DNA of 64,000 nucleotides from Nitrospirales bacterium. Lineage in GTDB: Bacteria; Nitrospirota; Nitrospiria; Nitrospirales; UBA8639. Under the pieces are notes generated by a model. The model did no database searches and was not told where the DNA came from. It saw nothing but the letters and a program-made list of their open reading frames with translations. Position 1 is the stretch's first letter. Each line of letters begins with the position of its first letter. The stretch lies in assembly GCA_050248735.1 (NCBI GenBank), contig JBFWRU010000005.1, forward strand, positions 39,607 through 103,606. Direction: 5' to 3'. This document shows positions 58,897 to 64,000 of this stretch, piece by piece. The translations under genes and the position numbers were made by a program.

Positions 58897-59382
58897 TCAT
58901 TCAACATGCGATTCAAATATCCAATGATTTCTTGCCCATCCGGCCAGTAGATATCTATCCTCTACTGTTGTACCACTAAACTTCCCGATCCACATCCGCA
59001 TTTTCCGGAAAAGACTATGCACCACTTCTTCTGAATTCCCCTGGAATACCATCACGCGATATGTTGAACGCGAGACAAGTAACTTCTCAAAATCTTCTTT
59101 GATGGCCTTTTCACAGCCCCACTCGCATTCCGCGACAAGTGGTACATCGATAATGTGGCCTTCACGATCAGACTTATACCACACAACGTCGTATAACCAT
59201 TCTTTTCCTTCGTCCGTTTCACATCCATTTGAGGCTGTCAGACAGTCGAATTCTCGTCCAATTCCTATAATTGCGCTCTTGACCGCCACAGACCAACGTT
59301 TTTCACCTTGCCATTTCTCAGCCATAGCCTTCACAGGGATAGCTTGCAAGGCTTTTTGAATTGCATATTCAACGGTATTCAT
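58897..59382 (-). CDS. Hypothetical protein (low-GC cassette, small partner)
   Basis: About 161 aa from the ATG at 59382 (GTG at 59400 in the ORF track). It carries the YDVVW...LVAECEWG...DFEKLL pattern. The family is not recognised. Confidence 0.55.
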   Translation of the reverse strand: MNTVEYAIQKALQAIPVKAMAEKWQGEKRWSVAVKSAIIGIGREFDCLTASNGCETDEGKEWLYDVVWYKSDREGHIIDVPLVAECEWGCEKAIKEDFEKLLVSRSTYRVMVFQGNSEEVVHSLFRKMRMWIGKFSGTTVEDRYLLAGWARNHWIFESHVE

Positions 59383-59529
59383 TAAGTTTCCCACTGCCAC
59401 ATATCACTAGCCCTAAAAGCTGATTAGTGGATCCGCCTGTTCAGCAAGTTATGTCCTGACATCCAATAATTTCGTCGACTATAAATGTTTATTTTGTTCT
59501 CTTGAATGATGGACTTGCACCATCCCCTT

Positions 59530-60678
59530 TTAATCTCTTATGACCTCAACTTTTTCCATTAAAGAACGCTTTTTAATGTAAGCAGGGAATAGCACAGCCA
59601 CAAATGCATGGAATTTGTTTTGAATTAATTCTATCTCCTCCTTAGCCTTTGCGACTTCCTCAGGAGACAGGCGTCCAGTCTGAACCAGATTGAGCACGTG
59701 GTAGGCAACAATAAAATGGGTATCTACCTCTCCCACAATAATTTCTCCTGGGTTTTCTGCCCCCATTTCAAGAGCTTCATTAAATTGCTTCTGGTCGTAA
59801 TGGAAGGAGGATTCGTTCCGAATTTTTTCCAAGATTCCCTTGGTCCTTCGACAAGAAAAAATTGTCCGTCGAAATTCTTCATAGGATTGCGAGACCTCAC
59901 TCTCAAGTTCTGACATAGCAACCGCAAACGATGAAGTATTTTGTCCCTTCTCAAAGATCTCATTCCAAACATTGTGCAAGAATCCGAGTCTTAGCCTATA
60001 CAGAAAAAATTGGCTCCTTTCCTTTTTAGTCAGTGCAATTTCATCTTTTCCTAACGATGCGTTTTCACTCTCTAATAAATCTTTCAATCGCTCAAAATTT
60101 GATAGATCTTCATTCGCCGCAAGTACCATGAGGACATATCTAGATAAATTATCTGTATGGGGAAATAGATCCTTAATTTTAAATTTCCATAATTCATCAT
60201 TCGCATAACTTGGGGATTCCCCCTCAACGTCTATTTTTGTTTTCGCGGGAGAATGAAAATACTTCGCAGAGGGTGTCTTGCTTGGATTCTTTGCAAAGAA
60301 ATCATTCACCAGATACCAGCCAACCTTTGAGAACACCAAAAGCCAACACAACAAAATGACTATACCCTTAAATTTTAAGTTTGTGTCATAAGGAGGGAAT
60401 TCACGCTGAAATGCACCATCCGCCCATGTGGCGAATACGAAGAAAGGTAGAAATAAGTAGGCCAGCAACGCCCAACCCAACACTATTGCGAAGAGGTAAA
60501 AGAGGATCTTTTTGTAAAATGCTATGCGTACCCCCTCAAAGGATGATGCAGATTCCTTAAGTTTTCCTTCAAATTTCTCAAACCACTGAAGAAGGCGGAT
60601 TAGCGGGGAGGATAGGAGGGCTACTAGAATCGACAGCCCCAGAGATACATTCACATTTGACAACCAATCACCAATCAT
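59530..60678 (-). CDS. Hypothetical 3-TM protein with a large helical cytoplasmic domain (low-GC cassette, large partner)
   Basis: 382-aa clean ORF in a 37-38% GC stretch. It has hydrophobic helices at about aa 10-30, 57-83 and 104-125, and the motif R287-NESSF-H293. The family is not recognised. Confidence 0.65.
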   Translation of the reverse strand: MIGDWLSNVNVSLGLSILVALLSSPLIRLLQWFEKFEGKLKESASSFEGVRIAFYKKILFYLFAIVLGWALLAYLFLPFFVFATWADGAFQREFPPYDTNLKFKGIVILLCWLLVFSKVGWYLVNDFFAKNPSKTPSAKYFHSPAKTKIDVEGESPSYANDELWKFKIKDLFPHTDNLSRYVLMVLAANEDLSNFERLKDLLESENASLGKDEIALTKKERSQFFLYRLRLGFLHNVWNEIFEKGQNTSSFAVAMSELESEVSQSYEEFRRTIFSCRRTKGILEKIRNESSFHYDQKQFNEALEMGAENPGEIIVGEVDTHFIVAYHVLNLVQTGRLSPEEVAKAKEEIELIQNKFHAFVAVLFPAYIKKRSLMEKVEVIRD

Positions 60679-60713
60679 TGTCCTTCTTTTTTCAGATTCG
60701 AAACATTCATTTT

Positions 60714-61555
60714 AGGTAATTAGGGCGAAAGGTAACCAAAATAGATTTTTAGGAACCGTTTAAACAAGGTCTCTGATCGGTGATTAAAACAGTATTCGAT
60801 CTCTTTGAGGTACATCGGGAAATGATATTTCGATACACCTCGATAGTGATCCAAAATATGTTTTGCATAACTCCAAAATCCTTCGATCCCATGATGTGGT
60901 TCTTCACGCATCGACGGCCCACAAAGCTTTTTGAATGGTTAATCGTATGATGTTTCCCATAGTGCTTCAAGGACTGCTATCCCCGAAACGCATCGGTGCA
61001 AGATACCGAGCCTCTCCGGGTTTTGGCTTGGATATGCCGCATGAGTTCCTTTGCACTGACCGATTCCAGCAATTTGGTATAGACGCGTTTTTCCCGCTCC
61101 AGGAGCCCACACACGACACTCTTGCCCGCCGCGACTCGGCCGCGTTTGCCCTTCCGACGCCCCCCCCCGCAATAGGCTTCGTCCAGCTCGATCTCCCCTT
61201 TGAGTTTGCCACCCTCCAACTCGGCCAAATGATACAGGGCTTCCCGGAGTCGCTGGTAGACGCGGGTAACCACTTTGACGTCGGCTTACCGGTCTCGACT
61301 CAACCGGTAAGCCGGTTGGAGCAGATAGAAACCCTGCAGGATCGCGATCTCCCGCCGAAGACGACTGAGACTTTTGCTTTTGCCACAGAGCTGGCATTTC
61401 ACATAGCCTCGACTGGCGAGCAAGACCTGAAAAGATCCACAGAAAATGCACTTCCGGCCACGCAAAAATTTGTCCGCACAACTGAAAGCGGTGTTTCGTC
61501 CCATAACCATGCGCCTGTTCTCGCACACACTGGTTACGAAACACCCTAATTACCT
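60714..61555 (-). mobile_element. Decayed IS1595-family insertion sequence (842 bp) with imperfect terminal inverted repeats
   Basis: The left end AGGTAATTAGGGCGAAAGGTAACCA (60714-38) matches the reverse complement of the right end (61531-55), AGGTAATTAGGGTGTTTCGTAACCA, at 20 of 25 positions. The ends enclose the transposase fragments. No clear target-site duplication was seen. Confidence 0.7.
60720..61528 (-). pseudogene. IS1595-family (ISXO2-like) transposase, disrupted by several frameshifts
   Basis: The gene is split into four fragments in different frames. They are an N-terminal zinc ribbon (61286..61528, CIFCGS..KCQLCGK), a middle part (60977..61273, LDEAYCGGG..), a short piece (YGKHHTINHSKSFV, 60749..60970 frame) and a C-terminal part (60720..60911, IEGFWSYAKH..YLKEIEYCFNHR). 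Confidence 0.7.
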
Positions 61556-61793
61556 TCTTATTTATGAACCTTATCAGGAATTGGCTTTGAAATTGTCGTT
61601 TACAGCATGAGCACACCCCAATCCCATTATTTTTGAGGAGATTGGCTACAATGAATTTTTACTATCATTTGGGAATTTTCAGAACCAGGGAAAATCCGAC
61701 GGATTCATTTTGATATGATGGGCCATTCTTTGAATGTGATTCCGATGAAAAATCGTGGGAATGATAAGGCCTAGGCAAACACCAGGGGTCAAG

Positions 61794-61832
61794 TTTTTGT
61801 ATTATCGTGCATTATGCACAATAATACAAAAA
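61794..61832 (-). terminator. Near-perfect 39-nt AT-rich palindrome immediately after the ParE-like toxin stop (bidirectional terminator-like hairpin)
   Basis: TTTTTGTATTAT-c-GTGCAT-t-ATGCAC-a-ATAATACAAAAA has 18 paired positions with one mismatch and A/T runs forming the stem ends. It lies 5 nt from the stop codon at 61838. Confidence 0.4.
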
Positions 61833-61837
61833 GACCG

Positions 61838-62131
61838 TTAGAGCCTGCCCAGCCAGTATTGAGGGCGACGCCGACTGTGTGCCACCGCCAGCACTTGAAC
61901 ACTGCCCGAGGCTTCTCGAAACAAGACCGCAAACGGGAACCGCTTCATTCGGATGCGCCTGACATTCGGTTGTTTTTCAACCGGATATCTGTGCGGCGCG
62001 TCACAGACTGTGCGCATGATTCTTTCAAACTCGGCAAGATACGAAGCACCCAGCCCGGGCCTTTTTGATTCAAAGAACGCCACGGACTCCAGATGCTCTG
62101 CCTCTGCGGCAGGATGAAACCCATAACTCAT
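61838..62131 (-). CDS. Type II toxin, ParE/RelE family
   Basis: 97 aa with FHPAAEAEHLESVAFF...RFPFAVLFREASGSVQVLAVAHSRRRPQYW. ATGA-type 4-nt overlap with the antitoxin. Confidence 0.75.
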   Translation of the reverse strand: MSYGFHPAAEAEHLESVAFFESKRPGLGASYLAEFERIMRTVCDAPHRYPVEKQPNVRRIRMKRFPFAVLFREASGSVQVLAVAHSRRRPQYWLGRL

Positions 62132-62352
62132 CTAAGCAAGGCCTGTGCTTTTTTTCTGACCTCTTCTGCCGGGATTGCCTGCACAGTGCCCTCGTCCAGC
62201 TCTCTGGCCCGGCGGTGCGCATCGGCCAGCCAATCTTCTTCTATTTCGGCGATAGTTGGTGCATCAAGGCTTAAGAGAAGTTTCTGTGCCAACTCTGCTC
62301 TTTCTTCCTCGGATAAATGAAGGGCTTCCTTTTCTATTTGCTTCAGGTTCAT
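62128..62352 (-). CDS. Addiction-module antitoxin (TIGR02574-like)
   Basis: 74 aa with LSEEERAELAQKLLLSLD...EEDWLADAHRRARELDEG, typical of this antitoxin class. Confidence 0.7.
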   Translation of the reverse strand: MNLKQIEKEALHLSEEERAELAQKLLLSLDAPTIAEIEEDWLADAHRRARELDEGTVQAIPAEEVRKKAQALLR

Positions 62353-62662
62353 ATCTTTCTCCTCTTTTATGTTTTTTCTCGCTCTAATATTAATTAGTCT
62401 ACTTCTCTTATCAAGGGTGATAAGTGTATGAATTTAGCATATTAAGAGCAAGCCAATATTGCACGGAAAACCTCAAAAATCCAATTCCTGCTGGAGGATA
62501 TGCATGGACTATGCAGATGGAATTGTTCGAACTTAAACATAAGTTATTCCATCCGCCTTGAAGGACAACTCACCAAGCGGATGCCCACCAAGGACAAGGA
62601 TATGAATAGTCCATTGGATAGGTCACTCCCGTAGTTCTCACCTATCTCATTGGCCACTTAAT

Positions 62663-62678
62663 TGGCTCTGAATTTGCT
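62663..62678 (+). promoter_or_regulatory. Candidate sigma-54 promoter upstream of hydG
   Basis: TGGCTCTGAATTTGCT has correct GG-N10-GC spacing and a perfect -12 TTGCT, with A to T in the -24 element. It lies 180 nt upstream of the ATG at 62859 in an AT-rich spacer. Confidence 0.35.
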
Positions 62679-62858
62679 AGTACATACCTAAAAGTCTTCA
62701 ATTCCGACATTTTGAGGCGAAATGCTACATTGGGGTTTTGCCCAAACGGATGAGGTTTCCGCAAAAGAAGATTGAAGTGCTGCACGTGGTTATGCTGACA
62801 TCCTGGAATTCTGAAAAAGCGCATTGACGAATTGGTCCCAAAGAGCCCGGCTTATGGC

Positions 62859-63695
62859 ATGACTCATAATCCCTACCTCATTCATCCGGCAATCATTGTG
62901 GACAAGAAGCAGGAGTCCACCGATATTGTGACGTTTCGACTGCAGTTGACTGACCCAACTCACCGGGAGTCTTTCCGGTTTGAGGCGGGACAATTCAATA
63001 TGCTGTATGTCTTCGGTGTGGGCGAGGTGGCCATCTCTATCGTGTCAGACCCCGACGAACCGAAATTTCTGGACCACACCATTCGTATAGTGGGCAGAGT
63101 CACACAGGTTTTAGGAAACATGCAGACAGGTGAATCTGTAGGAGTCCGTGGTCCATTTGGAATGGGATGGCCCATGAAGGAAGCCCAAGGGAAAGACGTG
63201 CTTATCGTCACAGGCGGCTTGGGTTGTGCCCCGGTAGTCGGGGCCATTGAATATATGTTCCGCAGGCGCGAGGAATATGGGAACATGACCATTCTCCACG
63301 GCGTGAAGACCCCTCACGACCTGCTCTACCGGGAACGCTTCGATGCCTGGAGGCATCAACCCCGCACACAAGTCCTGCTGACCAGCGATGAACCCGGCAA
63401 GACCTGGCATAGTCATGTGGGAGTGGTTACCGAATTGTTTGACCAACTGCAGGTGGACCCTGATAACACCCTCGTCATGATGTGTGGTCCGGAAATCATG
63501 ATGCGGATTGCCTGTAATACGTTATCCCATCAGGGCCTGCGTCCCGACTCCATGTATGTGTCCCTGGAGCGGCATATGGAGTGCGGCATCGGGCTCTGCG
63601 GACATTGTCAGCTTGGGCCGTTCTTTGTCTGCAAAGACGGGCCGGTCATGCGTTTGGACCGGCTGATTCCCTTTTTGGGTAAAGTAGGGGTGTAA
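62859..63695 (+). CDS. hydG: FAD/NAD(P)-binding plus 2Fe-2S subunit, sulfhydrogenase gamma (HydG)/AsrB-like
   Basis: NPYLIHPAIIVDKKQESTDIVTFRL, FRFEAGQFNMLYVFGVGE, VTGGLGCAPV, and the C-terminal CGIGLCGHCQLG cluster motif. ATG at 62859; the ORF track starts at the TTG at 62832. Confidence 0.8.
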   Translation: MTHNPYLIHPAIIVDKKQESTDIVTFRLQLTDPTHRESFRFEAGQFNMLYVFGVGEVAISIVSDPDEPKFLDHTIRIVGRVTQVLGNMQTGESVGVRGPFGMGWPMKEAQGKDVLIVTGGLGCAPVVGAIEYMFRRREEYGNMTILHGVKTPHDLLYRERFDAWRHQPRTQVLLTSDEPGKTWHSHVGVVTELFDQLQVDPDNTLVMMCGPEIMMRIACNTLSHQGLRPDSMYVSLERHMECGIGLCGHCQLGPFFVCKDGPVMRLDRLIPFLGKVGV

Positions 63696-63742
63696 CCAGC
63701 GGACTAACAAGTGGGGAACATCAAAGAAGATGGACCGGTGAA

Positions 63743-64000
63743 ATGACAGGCATAACCAGCGATACACAGCATTCACCACGCAGGCCTCGCCCACGAATTG
63801 CGGTGGTAAAGTTTGCTTCATGCGACGGGTGCCAGTTGAGTATCCTGAATATGGAAGACGACCTGCTGGCCTTGGGAGAGGCCCTCGATATCGCCTACTT
63901 TCCCGAAGCCTCCAGCGACATGCAGCCCGGACCCTATGATATCGCTTTCGTGGAAGGCTCCATCACCTGCCCGGAGGATTTGCCACGCATACTTGAAATC
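63743..64000 (+). CDS. hydD: [NiFe]-hydrogenase small (delta, NuoB-like) subunit, 5' part only
   Basis: The ORF runs off the right edge, so it is absent from the ORF track. My translation is MTGITSDTQHSPRRPRPRIAVVKFASCDGCQLSILNMEDDLLAL...YDIAFVEGSIT, which shows the typical proximal-cluster Cys pair. Confidence 0.75.
   Translation, partial: MTGITSDTQHSPRRPRPRIAVVKFASCDGCQLSILNMEDDLLALGEALDIAYFPEASSDMQPGPYDIAFVEGSITCPEDLPRILEI

Noticed and set aside
60935-61616. Long ORFs (204 aa plus strand, 225 aa minus strand) inside the IS element
   Set aside because: They are alternative or antisense frames of the decayed IS1595 transposase. Only the fragmented transposase frames show family motifs.
61794-61832. 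The palindrome as a dif/Xer recombination site
   Set aside because: It has only vague resemblance to the XerC-arm/XerD-arm consensus and lacks the asymmetric 11-6-11 architecture. I kept it as a terminator-like hairpin instead.
52051-62062. GGCACGAAACGC at 52051..52062, just upstream of the usp ATG at 52065, as a sigma-54 promoter
   Set aside because: The GG-to-GC spacing is two nucleotides too short and the element abuts the start codon. The end coordinate given here covers more than the element; the motif itself is only 52051..52062.

Overview
This is a densely coding 64-kb bacterial chromosomal window with about 70 protein genes on both strands. I found no rRNA, tRNA or CRISPR array by eye. 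Hand-counted 60-nt samples give roughly 47-60% GC. Two patches are clearly AT-rich, at about 58.9-60.7 kb (37-38% in samples) and 62.35-62.83 kb.

Content from left to right:
- truncated ttcA, a decayed exported cupredoxin-like pseudogene and a hybrid PAS histidine kinase
- small conserved genes (HExxH protein, DUF2892, YjbQ)
- an OmpR-type two-component pair divergent from a NodT/MFP/RND efflux operon
- a second OmpR/PhoQ-like pair with a PepSY gene and a divergent YgiW (BOF) gene
- mtgA, a Zn-dependent alcohol dehydrogenase, CBS proteins, ggt and a nucleotidyltransferase
- a sigma-54-driven membrane-protein/cbpA/cbpM unit
- a PagL-like outer-membrane protein, a degenerate receiver and a PPi-type phosphofructokinase
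- an exported pentapeptide-repeat protein and tandem Usp genes
- a cation/H+ antiporter followed by a complete N-type ATPase operon (atpDCQRBEFAG)
- VIT1 and CDF metal transporters
- a PAS kinase plus NtrC-type sigma-54 activator pair
- a Usp / Hsp20 / cupredoxin / Usp / unknown-gene string that runs directly into hydB of a group-3b-like [NiFe]-hydrogenase

hydB is separated from hydG-hydD by about 7.3 kb of opposite-strand accessory genes. This block holds an orphan EncFtn-like ferritin, two toxin-antitoxin pairs, a decayed IS1595-family element with recognisable inverted repeats, and a low-GC two-gene cassette of unknown function.

Main hunting results:
1. The low-GC cassette encodes a 3-TM protein with a HEPN-like R-x5-H motif plus a small partner. 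It is a candidate undescribed defence or toxin module.
2. At least four exact TGGCAT-N5-TTGCT sigma-54 promoters sit in front of chaperone and Usp genes, next to the only sigma-54 activator in the window.
3. The hydrogenase operon is interrupted.
4. The N-ATPase c subunit has a two-carboxylate ion site.

Taxonomy cannot be fixed without a database search. The gene content is reminiscent of Nitrospirota-like chemolithotrophs, but that is speculation.
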